Below, in pieces: positions 26,314 to 39,900 of a stretch of DNA of 64,000 bases. The stretch is from a virus. Lineage: Duplodnaviria > Caudoviricetes. The translations under genes were made by a program, and so were the position numbers. The DNA lies in the IMG/VR virus record IMGVR_UViG_3300021400_000134. One strand, written 5' to 3'. Within the stretch, counting starts at the first letter, position 1, and every line of letters starts with the position of its first letter. Under the pieces are notes generated by a model, which saw only the letters and a program-made list of their open reading frames with translations, was not told the origin of the DNA and did no database searches.

Positions 26314-28746
26314 ATGAAAAACCCAATGTTAGATGAAGTGTTTTTACATGAATTAGACCAGTTTCAGCACAAGTTTATCTGAGCTAAAATTATCGCCTTA
26401 AATTGAGATGAATATCCATTAGAAGAGATTACAGGGCGTATTACAAGTGGAAGTATTAATATTGATGGTGCTTCTGCGGTAAGACGTACCTGTAGTCTTA
26501 CTCTCGCCGCAAATGAAGTCAATATAAATAATTTTTATTGAAGTCTTAATACTAAGTTTAGAGTAGAGATAGGATTGGAGAATTGAATAAATCCAGATTA
26601 TCCTGATATTATTTGGTTTAAGCAGGGAACATTTATAATATCCACATTTAGATGCTCTGCTGGAGTTAATAATTATACAATTAATATTCAGGGTAAGGAT
26701 AAGATGGTGCTATTAAATGGAGAAGTTGGTGGTGTTGTTCCAGCTTCATGAGATTTTGGCACAGAAGATGTAACTATGGAAGATGGAACCATTCAAAATA
26801 ACCCAATTCCTATTAAAGATATTGTTTTGCAAGCCGTTCATGAATATGCGCAAGAGGGTTGACAGAATATTATTGTTAATGATTTAGACGATTATGGCAT
26901 TGAGCTTTTGGAGTATGAAGGTGGAACGCCGTTATATTATATAATTCAGTATGATGGAGGCGCCAATGATTCGAGAGAAGTTGTTAATATGACTTTAAAA
27001 GGTGATATGCCTTGTTGGGTGCGTCAAGATACTTGGAATAATGGTAGACAGATTGGCGACAGATGAATTGCAACAACAATTTCGGAGCTGGAAAATGCTG
27101 GGGGAACGGGAGGCACATCCAGTGCCGGGCGGCTCTGTTATGAGAAGTTGATGGAGCAGCTTGATCCTAGCGGCGCAGTCACGGAAACTGCAAATTATTT
27201 GCGCGCAGTGGTAACACTAAAAGATCCAAATAGTGGTATAACGGACGAGGATTTATATACTATTGCGAAAATAACAAAAGATAATGGATTGCAAGTTTGC
27301 GGTTATCGCATTTGTGATATTATATATCCTTATGATTTGATTGCTTCTCCTGGCGAAGCATTAACATCAGTTTTAGATAAATTAGTAAAGATGCTTGGTA
27401 ATTTTGAGTATTTTTATGATGTTGATGGAAGATTTATTTTCCAGAAAAAAAAGACTTATTTGGATGTTTCTTATAATAATATTTTAAATGAGCATTCTAT
27501 AAGTGAAGAAGTTTGAGCAGATAATAGCGAGTTTAGTTCAAAATATTCTTATACATTTGATAAGGATACTCTCGTATCTTCTTTTCAGAATAATCCTAAT
27601 TTAAGCAATTTAAAAAATGACTATTCTCTATGAGGACAAAGAAAGCAGGGCGATATTGAAGTTCCTATTCATATGCGCTATGCAATAGATCATAAACCTG
27701 TTTACTATAAAACTTGAGATGGTATAGTCTATATTTCAGAACAGGGTATGCAAAAATATGGAGAAATTGGTGATGTAGTTGATTGACGTGAATTAATTTA
27801 TCAAATGGCAAATGACTATCGTCGTCATTACAGAGATGAAGATTTCTTAATTACCTTAAGAGATAATAATAAAATAGGTACAGAATATTTATATCCAAAA
27901 GGTTATACTGGATATGAGAAATATTATATTGATTTTGAAATGAATCTATCTCAGGGTATTGTAGCCTATTGGAGAGAATTATATAATCCAGATGTTAGAA
28001 ATAGTGAATTAAGAGATGAAAAAGTTCATTACCAGCAAGTAAAAGACAAAGTTGAGATGATAAAAGAGTCTGAGTTAGAGGATTGAACTCCTTCTAAAAT
28101 ATATTCTAAATCTGATTTAGTTAGATATAAAGATACTTATTATCGTTCAATAGCAGACAATAATCAAACAGAGCCGCAATCAAAAGAGGCTAAATGAGTA
28201 AGTGACTATTATGTAGTATATAACTCAGACGGTTGGAATCTTGATATTTTAAATAACCCAGAAATGTTAAATTTTTGATTTGATTTTTTAGATACTGATG
28301 GATTTTTAAATAGATATAGCGTTTGTAATATTGGGCAAAGGTCAAAAGCCGCTAATGATGATAAGATAAAAGCCATATATTTTAGAGAAACGCCAAATGT
28401 AATTTTTGAATTGGCTGATGATATTAGTCAAGCAAATTGACGTAAACCTGGGTATGCGCATATTCGTATTCCAAAGGGTTTAGATAATATGTTTTCGATT
28501 AGCTCAAGAGGTAAAAATGCAATGGATGTAGTACAAGAATATCTTTATACTTATACTTATCCAGTTAGCGCAGTTACTTTGAATGTAGTTCCTATCTACT
28601 ATTTATCACCAAATACCTTGATTTATGTAGATGATGAGGCTACTGGAGTTGTTGGCGAATATATTATGCAAAAATTTTCATTCCAGTTTGGCGTAACAGC
28701 ACAGATGACAATAAATGCTGTTGAAACAGCGAAGCGTATATATTAA
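26314..28746 (+). CDS. Tail hub/Tal-like protein, DUF5048-like (810 aa, code 4)
   Basis: ITGRITSGSINIDGASAVRRTCSLTL, IWFKQGTF, GKDKMVLLNGEVGG and C-terminal VPIYYLSPNTLIYV; CBM5/12-like insert at about 28084-28200. Confidence 0.7.
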
Positions 28747-28761
28747 GGAGGAATTGGAGTA

Positions 28762-29097
28762 ATGGCAAAGAAACTGCTACAATTTCGCTACAAGGTAAAA
28801 GGTGATGAATATAATTATCCTAAGACAGCTGATGGAGAAGGCTTTATTAGCGGAGATGTTTTTTCTAGCGTTATGCCAATTTCTCAGCTGGGTATTCAAG
28901 CATTACCTGGTACGAAATTTTATTTAAATGGCGCAGTAAATCCAATAGTAATAGGTGTTTCAGGAATTTATGATTTGGATATACGAAATGGTGCTAGAAT
29001 TACTAATTTAAGATTCTCAAAGGAGTCAATAGAGAGAATAGAAGGAAGCATTGGCGGTTATTTGATCGTTGATGTATTATATGGAGAGGAGGATTAA
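28762..29097 (+). CDS. Small baseplate-region protein (111 aa)
   Basis: SD and intact ORF. Confidence 0.7.
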   Translation: MAKKLLQFRYKVKGDEYNYPKTADGEGFISGDVFSSVMPISQLGIQALPGTKFYLNGAVNPIVIGVSGIYDLDIRNGARITNLRFSKESIERIEGSIGGYLIVDVLYGEED

Positions 29098-29100
29098 GAT

Positions 29101-32100
29101 ATGGGCTTTTATGGTAATATAACTAATATTAATAAAACTACTTTCCAGTTTGATAAAATTTATCCAAATCGTAAAGAAATGGACGATGCTTGCGCCGGTG
29201 ATGGAGTTTTTATTGGTAGATATGTTTTAGTCGATTATAACGAAGATTCTATTCTAGGATATGTTCATGCGCAAATTGCCGATGAAAATTTAAAAAATAA
29301 GCCGGTTGTTGTTGGATATCAGGAAAAAAGAGAAGATGAAAATGGGAATGTTGAAATATTGGCTGATAGATTTTATAGTGGCATTCCAGAAGTTACAGAA
29401 GATGGCACCGCTATTAAAACTGATAGGTTATATAAAATTGGGGAAGAGACCAGTGGTTCAACTGTTGCTCCAGATACTTTACTATTAAGTTTAGGCTATA
29501 TTTCAACAAAAGTCGAAATAAAAAGAGAAGGCGGTACAGAAGAAGAACCAATAGAGTCAATTCATTATATTATTAATGGTATTGAAAATAATAATTTTAA
29601 TCCTCAAATTTTTGTGGCTAGAGCTCCTGCTGAAGAGGGCGAAAGTGCAGATTTCCTTCTTTTAAGAGATATTGACAGTATTTGGGATTGGAATAAAGGA
29701 AGGTTCTTTATAAATCATCAAATTGATGCTACCTCTTATGGAGAAAGTAATATTGGTAGGGGTTGAGATTCTACTGTATGACAAAAGGTCTATAAAGATG
29801 GTACACCTAGTTATGTAATGGTAGCAGAGTTAAATTCTGTTGTACCTACATTTGACGTTGTATCGGATGCGCCAACTGTAATTCCGCAAAAGCCATATTA
29901 TGATGCAGATTCTTCAAATGTATATTATAGATTACATATGCAGCCATCTTGAGGATTACGTGTAAAAGCAGATGAGGACAAAGATTATTCTGATGGAGTT
30001 GTATTGCCATCAGATGTAAAGGGCCCTTATGAAAAACGCTATAATTATACGGAAGATGAAGATTTGGCTATTTATTGATTTAAAGATGGTTTTAATAAAT
30101 ATATTGAAAGCGTTTCTGAATATAATGAAGATATTGTTAAAATGTCGCCCACTGGAAAAAGTGGTAATACTTATTACGAAAATGGCACATTTGGGCAAGA
30201 AAAAATCGATACTTATGAATTAAGTATGATGTTACCTTCAATTGGTCAAGCAGTTTCTAATTTATGGGATATTGTATATGGTAAAGGTACTTATACAGAT
30301 ATTTTAGGAAATACGCTATGAGATAAGAGTAGAACAGATTATGATTTTGTCTATTCTAAAAAGCCAGTAGAAGGTGATGAAGATTCAGAAGATATTAAAA
30401 TTAGAAATACTGCATTAGAATGAAATACTCGCAATGGCGCAAGAGCATATTGAGAATATGATTCTGAAGAAGAACGTAAAATTACATATAATAAAGAAGC
30501 GTTAAATACATTAGCTGGTACAATTAACTCAGCGCATGATTTAATGGGAATGATTATTATAGAAAATGATAATTTATTAAGCAGCGATAGTAGCCTAAAA
30601 GCTAAAAACGCAGACCCAAGTAATATTTATTATGATAAAACAACTAAAAAATATTACAGAAAAGGAAAGAAATATTCATTTTCAGGTAGCGCGCCTATTG
30701 GTATTAGTGGTTCTAATATGTTTAATCCAGCAGATGGAAATCATTATAAGTTAGAGTCTTATGCTTATGATAACTATGATAACATTTATGCAGAAGATAA
30801 GGAATCTGATACACCTAAATATGAGCAAGTTGTTAATAATTATTATAAAGTAAAAAATACCGATATTCTTTTTGAGAACGAGGTTTATGGAACTTTAACT
30901 TCAAGTAAAATAAATAATTTTAGTCCAAAAAATTATGATCCATCTGGGGAAGAAGAAACAGATTTCTTATGGTGGCGTTGTACTGATCATGCTTTACCAC
31001 ATTATGTGCACGAAGTTGCGGAAACTCCAGCGCATGGTTCTTATTATAAGATAACCGCAGAACTTACTGCAGAAAGGCCAACATTCTATACCCCTAAAGT
31101 TTATTATTTAATGAAAAATAGTGAGCTTGCAACAGTGCAGGAGAGAGAGGATTGGGAAAATCCAGATAAAACCAATTTTAAACAAGCAGATTTTAATTAT
31201 TTGGGGATAATGAATGATGCTACACTAACGTCAGCTTTGGTTAACAATGGGATTAACCTAAATGATGAAAATAGAACCGTTGGTTATAGAATATTAAAGG
31301 GTGTTAGTGTAGACCCATCTCGTTCTGATTATATCTTAGTAGATATTAATAGACGTAAAAATGAAGAAACATTAACAACTGACTCTAATATTACACAAAA
31401 TGAAGATGGTGCTTTTGTTTATCAGTGAAATAATTTAGAAGCAACTCTTCAAAGCGTGGATACTATTGTTGAAGAAGTAACTGTAGAAGATGAGGTTCAA
31501 TATATTGAAAAATATCAATATGATATTACAGTTTTTAGAAGTCCAAGTCATACAGCTTTAGGTTCAAAGACTTTAAAAGAGTGGAAAGAGTATATTGAAA
31601 ATCTAGATAATCATGTTACAATAGAGAATTTCAGTGATTTAATTCCAGACATGAATTTTGAAAGAAGAATTACTGACCCATTCTATACACTTGACCGTGC
31701 TACAGATGTTACCAAGATAATTAAAGACCTTGTTCAAGAGAACGGCATTGCAACAACAGGATACTATTTCTTGTATGATGAAACAGCTGCGGCTAGAGAA
31801 GATATTCACGATGATAATGGTCAACGTTATTACGAACCAATTATTAATCCTAATAGCACTCAAGCAGAGAGTTCATCTTGATACAAATTAACAATTACTC
31901 CAGTACCAATTTATTATAGTCTAGATGGGCAATACTATATTAAAAATAATAATAATTTCTTAAGAGAAACTGCTTCAATTCTATTCTTAGAAGAATTGGA
32001 AGAGGGAGAAAAACCTTCTTATTATACAGTTAGCTTTACTCCAGAAACAAAAACTCCTTTTGTTCCTGGGTTATATTACACTAAAACTGGTAATGAATAT

Positions 32101-34077
32101 ACTATAGCTAATACTTTTGACTCTAGTAAGACATATTATAGATATATTGATAGATATGTTTCAGCAGATTCATCAGGTATTTATGATGTTGGTGCTAAAT
32201 GGAATGAAGATATAGTACCGGTACCTAGTACTGTAACGGTATCTGGTAAGACATTTGAATGAGAATTCCAAGAGATTCCAGATTTTGCAAAAGATGTTAA
32301 TACATTACATGGTTTGATTTTAAAAGTTAATGAAGTATTATTATCTGACGATAAAGTTACTAGAGATAATAACACAGTTCAAGGATGTATTAATCTAATC
32401 AATGATATTCTTGACAAATTCGATCAATTAAAGCCAGCAGAAATTGTAATGGTTGATACTTATGGTAGAATCCATAGTGGCGACTGAAGTAGTGAACAGA
32501 AATTCGGATACAGTAATATTGGTAAACCAAGTGCGGATCTTGCTGTGCCGACCGGAGATCCAGTTGCCGCAGATAATGAGCGCTGACTAAAATTAACCAC
32601 ATCTTCTGGAATTAGTAACAATGGTTATAAGCCTCATATCAAATTGGAACATACTTTTAACAAAGTTGAAGATACTACTACTGTTGCAGATAAAAATAAT
32701 ACAAATGGAGATGGCTTAAATAAAGGCAATAATGATGAATTAAAGTTATATACTCCAATAGTTGATAATACAGGTCATATTGTTGGAAATAATATAGAAA
32801 CAGTCACATTGCCTTATAATTTTAAAACTGTTAATGCAGATACAGGTAGTATAATTGCTGAAAATACTTTAGATAATTTTGGTATAAAAACTGCTGATAA
32901 TTGATTAAGTACATCTGTTAATAATAAAAATGTTTTAATTGCTCATGATAATCCGCAGGCTGTAGAAGCTAGAACGATTGAAAATCAAAAATTGCATTTT
33001 GGAAATAGTTTTACTGTTGAAGATTGAAGTTTTGATGCTAAAGGACATAAATCTCGTGTTGATACTCATACAGTAACAATTCCTAATTTAACTATTAGTG
33101 GAAATGGAAATCTTATTGCCAATGCAGCCACTAATGCAGAGGGTGATTTAACATTAACAAAGAATAATGTTGGAGCACTTGCTTTAACTGGATATAGTGC
33201 GATTTCAAATGAGGTTACTCCACAAGCTCCAACCGCTGAAACAACTGTGAATAATGCAATTGCCAATATAATGAGATATCTTGGTAATGGTAGCTTAAGT
33301 GCAGAAGTAGAAGATGGAAATGAGGTTGTTACCGGAATTAATCTTGCTAATGGTGCGATTACTTTAGAAAGTACGCAACTTGGAACTGCAGCTTGACAAG
33401 ATTCAACTGCATTTGATGCAGCTGGTACTGCTGCTCAGGCTAAGGCCGATGTTCTTGGAGATGCGGCAACCGCGACAGCATCAGATAATACTCTTGCCGG
33501 ACTAAGAAAATATATTGTACAAGAATTTAATAATGTTACAAATACAGGTAGCTTCTGAGGCGCCCAATTTAAATATGACAATAGTGCATATTCTAGTACA
33601 AATCAACAAGAGATTCAAATGCAAACTCAAAATGATAGAAGAGCTCTTGTACCTTTAAGTAATAGTGATGTAATTACTTATGGTAGTTTTGCTCAGGATA
33701 GTTATACAGTAAATACAAATGGTGGCATAGCAATAACTTATGCTGGACTTTATAGAGTTCAGGGATCCATTGCAGCTTCTTTTGGTAGTGGAGTATATTC
33801 GGTGAAAACTTGGATAATGAAAAGTAATGATAACTATGAAAATCCAGCTGTTATAAGTAGTGCAACAGAATCTTTAGATGAGGATAGTTTATCTGGGGGT
33901 GTTTTCTGCACTGGTTCTAAATTGGTTCAATTACAAGCTGGAGATGTTGTTTATTTAGCTTGTACTATAACTCCTGGACAAGCAGGAGGAGGAGGAGGTT
34001 CTAGTACTATTACTACTGCAACCATTCTCTATGACAACCCAGGAACATATTTCTTACTAGAAAGAATTTCTGCTTAA
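29101..34077 (+). CDS. Long tail fibre/baseplate protein with C-terminal C1q/BclA-like head (1658 aa, code 4)
   Basis: Six track ORFs in one frame; the C-terminus ITYAGLYRVQGSI...LVQLQAGDVVYL...TYFLLERI fits the C1q/TNF-like pattern. Confidence 0.7.
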
Positions 34078-34087
34078 TATATTCTAT

Positions 34088-34118
34088 AAGGAGGAGAGAA
34101 ATCTCCTCCTTTATTTTT
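34088..34118 (+). terminator. Intrinsic terminator
   Basis: aaggaggaga-gaaa-tctcctcctt followed by a T-rich tail. Confidence 0.8.
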
Positions 34119-34120
34119 CA

Positions 34121-34166
34121 GGACAAATATAGTTAAAACTTCTTAAAATATTTTTAAATAGTATGA
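34121..34166 (+). promoter_or_regulatory. Putative late-promoter motif, copy 3
   Basis: GGACA-N8-TAA-N18-TAAATAGTATGA. Confidence 0.55.
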
Positions 34167-34186
34167 ATAAAGGAGGGATAAAAGAT

Positions 34187-35050
34187 ATGGCGATAAATTA
34201 TGTAAAATTTATGCGTGGTACTCAAGCATTGTATGATAGTCTTGCAACTAAAGATCAAGATACATTATATTTTGTGTATGAATCAGTAGGAGATGACCAC
34301 GGTAAGTTATATCTTGGAAATAAATTAATTTCCGGTTCTTCCTCTAATATAGATGGGAATATTTCTTTATCGGATGTAGAAGATATTGTTTTAGATTCTA
34401 ATTTATCAGATGGTGATGTTCTCATATATGATGAGGCAGAAGGAAAATGAGTAAATTCTACTCTTGCCAATGCTTTATCAGTAGCGGTCATGACTGGGGC
34501 TACCGCCAGTACGGACGGTGCTTCTGGTTTAGTTCCGGTTCCAAGCGCAGGGGATCAGTTAAAATATTTACGTGGAGATGGTACATGGGCAACTGTTGAA
34601 GCTCAATTGCCAGCAGAGCAGTTAAATGATATAAGTGATTTAAAGGCAACTGTAGCAACTCTTGTAGATACTGATACTGGTAAATCTGTTGCTACTATTG
34701 CTGCTGAAAAAGTAGCAGAATTATTGATTCCAGAAGGTGCAAAAGAAAGTTTAGATACTTTACAAGAAATTGCTAACTGGATTCAAGACCATCCAGATGA
34801 CGCAAGTCAAATGAGTTCTGACATTACTGCTTTACAAGGACAAGTTGCTGATTTAGAAGATTTGTTAAATGGTGATGGAACTACAGATGGTTTAACTGCA
34901 AGAGTTTCTACATTAGAAACTACAATGGGAACTTTCACTCCAGTAGAAGGAAAATACTCGAGTGTTGGTTCTGCAATTGATTATTTAAATAATTCCTATA
35001 CGTCAATTGACGAACGTCTACAATGACACGAATTGGCAAATGAGGGATAA
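34187..35050 (+). CDS. Tail fibre-associated protein (287 aa, code 4)
   Basis: Joins ORFs 34163 and 34490; GASGLVPVPSAGDQLKYLRGDGTW and LDTLQEIANWI fibre-type motifs. Confidence 0.7.
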
Positions 35051-35071
35051 AAAAGAAAGGAGAATTAAAAA

Positions 35072-36829
35072 ATGCCTGCAAGTAATTTAATTCGTTTTAA
35101 ACGAGGTACTTCTGCACAGTTAGCCACAATTAAGAGTGGTAAAACAGGTGTTGATGGTGCTTTTTATTTAACTATTGATGATGCAGATGCATCGAGTAGA
35201 TTGTATGTAGGTCGTGCTAATGGTGATGTTGTGCCGGTTAACCAAGGTATTTATACGGTCACTGCTGTCACTGACTTAACGAGTAGTGTTAATAGTGGTA
35301 AATTACAGCCTGGTGATTTTGCTTATGTCACAGGTACTGCTGCTCAAAATTATACAGATGGTAATATTCTCGCTTATTGGACAGGAGATAAATGGCTCCA
35401 ATTAAATAAGGTTGATGTTACAGATAAATTCTTGAGCTCTTTGGATGTTGCTATTACCACAACAGGTGGAGTTGCTACAGTAAAACTTACTGGCTTAGAT
35501 GAAGGTGGAACAACTCTTAACGGTGCTTTAGAAACAACATTTACAATGCAAGGCGCAAATGGCGTTACTGTTTCTAACACAGATGATGCTATTACTGTTA
35601 CTGGTACATCATATGGATTAAGTTCTGCCGCAATTGCCGCAGAAAGTAATCAGGGTGTTATTTCATTAACAGGAAATGATGGTACTAATAATGCTGCTGC
35701 TGGTTCAGTAACGATTAAATCTGCTGATGGTAATCATGTTCATATTACTGGAACTGCCAATAACATTGAAATTGATACTCCAGTAGTACAAACAGCAACA
35801 CTTTCAAATGAAGCCAACGGTTTTGGTCTTCAAGTAACAGATAGTTTTAGCAATCAAACTACAAAGTCAACAATTGATCCAACTATAAAATATGGTGGAA
35901 CTGGTAGTTCTACAGCGCATTTTATTAGTGGCGAAGCTACATTAAATGTCTATAATAAAGATGAAATTGATGGCTTATTAAAGGGTCTTGATGCTTTAAC
36001 TTATAAAGGTACTGTAGGTGCTAGTGGCTCATATGCTCAAAGTGTAAGTGGAATTACCGCTTCAAGTATGCCAGCTCTTCATATTGGTGATACTTTTAAA
36101 TTAGTTGGTGATCATAGTACTCCATATGGAAATATTCCGATTAACACTGGAACTCCTCAAAGTCCTACTGTATCTACTACAGGAACAGCTCATGGTGGAG
36201 ATTTATTAATTGCCAATGGTGTTGAAACTAATGGTGAAATTACAACTCTTTATTATGATATTATCGAAGTAGAGCAGGGAGAGGATACAACTTATACAAT
36301 CACTGCTAGTGATGTAGATAAGAAGATTACAGTTGCAGATAGTCATGGCGATACTATTGGTGGAATGGCTATTGCCGCAACTGCAAATAATCCTATTGCA
36401 ATTAGTGGAGCATCTGATAGTAATAACATTGAAACAGTTACTATTGGTCATGGAGTTGTAAATCAAGCTTCTGGTTTAACTAACGGTAAGTTAAATGCTA
36501 CAACAGAAACAGCTGTTACAGATGCTAACACTATTACAGCAGTAACAGATGTTACAGTAGATGAATTTGGTCATACAACAGCATTTAAGACAAAAGAATT
36601 TGGTATTGCAAAACTTGCTGCAGTTTCAGAATCATTCTCTACATCTGCTACAGGTAATGTTGCAACAATTACAAATACTCCAACTGCTACAAATTCAGAT
36701 AGTTCACCAATAACCGCAACTGCCGGTTCTTTTGATTTAGCATCTGAAAACTTAACAGTTACTGCTCCTGCAGTAGCAGCTGGCGAAAACCCACAGGTAA
36801 TGGTTAATTTTGTTTGGGAATCATTCTAA
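35072..36829 (+). CDS. Thr/Gly-rich fibre protein (585 aa)
   Basis: Intact ORF without TGA; IRFKRGT N-terminus resembles those of neighbouring fibre genes. Confidence 0.7.
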   Translation: MPASNLIRFKRGTSAQLATIKSGKTGVDGAFYLTIDDADASSRLYVGRANGDVVPVNQGIYTVTAVTDLTSSVNSGKLQPGDFAYVTGTAAQNYTDGNILAYWTGDKWLQLNKVDVTDKFLSSLDVAITTTGGVATVKLTGLDEGGTTLNGALETTFTMQGANGVTVSNTDDAITVTGTSYGLSSAAIAAESNQGVISLTGNDGTNNAAAGSVTIKSADGNHVHITGTANNIEIDTPVVQTATLSNEANGFGLQVTDSFSNQTTKSTIDPTIKYGGTGSSTAHFISGEATLNVYNKDEIDGLLKGLDALTYKGTVGASGSYAQSVSGITASSMPALHIGDTFKLVGDHSTPYGNIPINTGTPQSPTVSTTGTAHGGDLLIANGVETNGEITTLYYDIIEVEQGEDTTYTITASDVDKKITVADSHGDTIGGMAIAATANNPIAISGASDSNNIETVTIGHGVVNQASGLTNGKLNATTETAVTDANTITAVTDVTVDEFGHTTAFKTKEFGIAKLAAVSESFSTSATGNVATITNTPTATNSDSSPITATAGSFDLASENLTVTAPAVAAGENPQVMVNFVWESF

Positions 36830-36837
36830 AAATTAAA

Positions 36838-36884
36838 GGCCAAAACCCAACAATAGAGTTTTTATATTCTTTAAACTTTTTGAA
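36838..36884 (+). promoter_or_regulatory. Putative late-promoter motif, copy 4
   Basis: GGCCA-N8-CAA-N18-TAAACTTTTTGA. Confidence 0.45.
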
Positions 36885-36895
36885 GGATAATATAT

Positions 36896-36933
36896 ATAGG
36901 AGAGAAGAGAATTATTCTTCTCTCCTATTTTTT
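36896..36933 (+). terminator. Terminator-like hairpin
   Basis: ataggagagaaga / tcttctctcctat followed by a T run. Confidence 0.75.
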
Positions 36934-36961
36934 ATATTACAAGGAAAGAAAGGAGAATTAT

Positions 36962-39900
36962 ATGGCTAATGATAAAATTAAGTTCTGGCCTGTTCGTGGC
37001 ACTTATGAACAAATTATAAAAGAACCATATTGCGATGGAAAGATTTATTTTGCATATGATACAAATCAAATCTTTTTAGATGTTAATGGTGAAAATAAGT
37101 GTCCGATGGGTAGTAGTAGCAGCAGTTCTGGTATTTTATATGCAGAAGCAGATAGTGATACTTTAGAAAAAGAGATACCGGAAGATGATGCCGATGATAA
37201 ATATTTTATGTCAATTAGTGCTCTTGAAGAAAATAGTCGTGAAAAGAAACTTTTTGTAGATGACTTAATTTTAAATTCTGATGGGAAATTTTTCAGAATA
37301 TTGTCAATAGATAACACTAACCAAAAAATATATTGTCAATTATTAGCTGTTAGCGGTTCTGGTGGAGGCGGAGGTGGAAGCGCCTATTCTAACCGCAGTA
37401 AGATTTACAAAGAAGATCCAGAATCTAATTACTTAATTAATGGTAGAGAATCTTCAATTAGAGTCTATGCTGTTTCTGGTAAAGATCCAGAAGATGGCAC
37501 TCAATTAGACACTAAATTAATTGTACATTGAACTTTGGCAGAAAAAACTCCGACAGGACTTTGAAGTATTTATAGCCAAAATACTTTTACTATTACAGCT
37601 TCGACTCAAGAGGAACCTATTTGAGAAGAATTTGAATTTGGTACAAAAGCGCGTCAGTCAACAACGAACTTACTTACTATGTGAGTAACAGGTAGTGCTA
37701 GTACCGAAAGCCGCAGTTTTGAATATGAGTTTTATACTTCTGAATTAGCGTTAGAAAAGCATCCAAACTTCAATAACGTTAATACATATTCTCCATCAGA
37801 TGTAAATATTTATTGTACTGCTGTTGGTGATTTAGAAAAAATAATTTATTATTATTTTGGAACAGAGGATGGTGAAATTCTTCTAAATCAGGGTGGGACA
37901 GTATTAGCTTCAGGCACATCAGAGCAGATTTATCATGTTCCTGAAGAGCTTGCTACTCATGGTGCTCACACCGTTAGGATTGAGTTATATCAGTATATTA
38001 ATGGAAAAGCTGATTTTACAGCTTCTGCTGCACCTATTCAGATGGAAATTGCTGTAATTGATCCAGATAATAGCCTTCCAGTTATTTGGTTGGGAGATTA
38101 TCAAGATGAATATTATCAATATGATAATGTTAGAATTCCTTTTAGAGTATATGACCCTAAAGCTGTAATTGGTACAAATATTACTCTTTATAAAGATACT
38201 AATAAATTGGGTGAAAGATCAATTACAGATAGCTCAGTCTTTTCTATTTGAGAAATTGTAAATACTGATTTGAATATGCGTAATTATTACAGTATTTCTT
38301 GTGGTCAAGACGAAAATGAAGTTCGTAAAGAAATTTCTTTTAATGTCGTTGAAGATCCAAATAGAAAGAATATGAAAATTGCTACAACTGGTTTAAAATA
38401 CTCTTTTGACGCCAGTGGTCGTAGTAATAGTGAATCAAGTATTAATCGTTCTACTTATGTCTATGGAGAAGGCGATAATGCAATTGCTGCAAAATTTGAA
38501 GGATTTAACTGATATAATAATGGTTGGATTACAGATTCAGAAACAGGAAATACTTGTTTAAGAATTAGTAATGGCGCTGTATTCTCAGTTCCTTTGAAGC
38601 GTACACATTTTGCTACTTCTGATACAAGTAATCAGTCTCATACTTTTGAATTCCAGTTTAAAGTAAGAAATGTTCAAGACTATAGTAGTATTGTTCATAA
38701 TATTACTCGCTATAAAGGAAATACAGAAGAAGAGCATCCTCCAGTTTTTATCTGGGATGATAGTGATAATTATCCAACAAAAGCGTATAGTACTTATAAC
38801 GATCCAAGTTTATATACCGAATGGAGCGGTGGAAAAGTTTTTGATAACTATGACGCATTCTTATCTTGGTATTTACCAGCATATGCAGAACATCATCCAG
38901 AAACAGTTGGAACAATTCCTCCGTCTTATGATAATTTGGAATATAATTATACTGAAAAATTATTAAATACAAATTATGCTGCTGGACGTTATTATGATGA
39001 TCAACATGGTATTTGTATTGGTGCACAAGATGCATTATTTACAAATGGTGTTAATACAGTAAACGTCTCTTATGTAGAAGATAAAATTGTAAATCTTACA
39101 ATCGTTTATTCTCATGGAGATGGCAAACCAAATGGCAGTAATAAATTAATGTCAATTTATTTGAATGGTGTGTTAACAGGTGTTACTCGTTCTGTATTAA
39201 ATGATGCTTGAGATATCGGTAATGATGATAATATCAATCTTGTATTCGATTCTAAGTATTGTGATTTCGATCTATACAAAATTAGAGTCTATAATCAACC
39301 ATTAACATTACCAATGGTATTAGTTAACTATATGGTTGATTTAAAAGATCCAATTGGATATGATTTGACACAATTAGCTGTTGTTAATAATACAATTAAT
39401 GAATCTCAATTAGTTTATAAAAATATGACTGATTATAATGAGGCTCATCCAGATGGATATATTATGCCATATCTTATCATCACAACAAATCCATCAGAAG
39501 ATAATAGACTACCTTGGTCTAAATCTAGAAAATTAGAAGATTATGCTCGTTTTGAATTTGTTAATACAGGCCTTGATAGAGCTTATACTACTGGTGAATT
39601 AAACCAGTTGGCTGAACGCGCCGGACAAACCGTAGAAGAGTATTATAAGCATCATTGTCCATCTTGAATTGGTGATAATATTACAATTCAGATTCAAGGA
39701 ACTTCTTCTGAATTTTATCCAAGACGTAATTATAAAGCAAAAACTAAAGATTCAAGCAAAAATGTAAATATGTATATGAACAGAGGTCCATTTGCTCAAA
39801 AGTATGTTTCAGAAGATGCTGCTGAGAAAGAGCAAACTCATTTAGACTTTTTCTATATGGACAATGACACTGTTGGTACTACAAAATTTACACTAAAGAT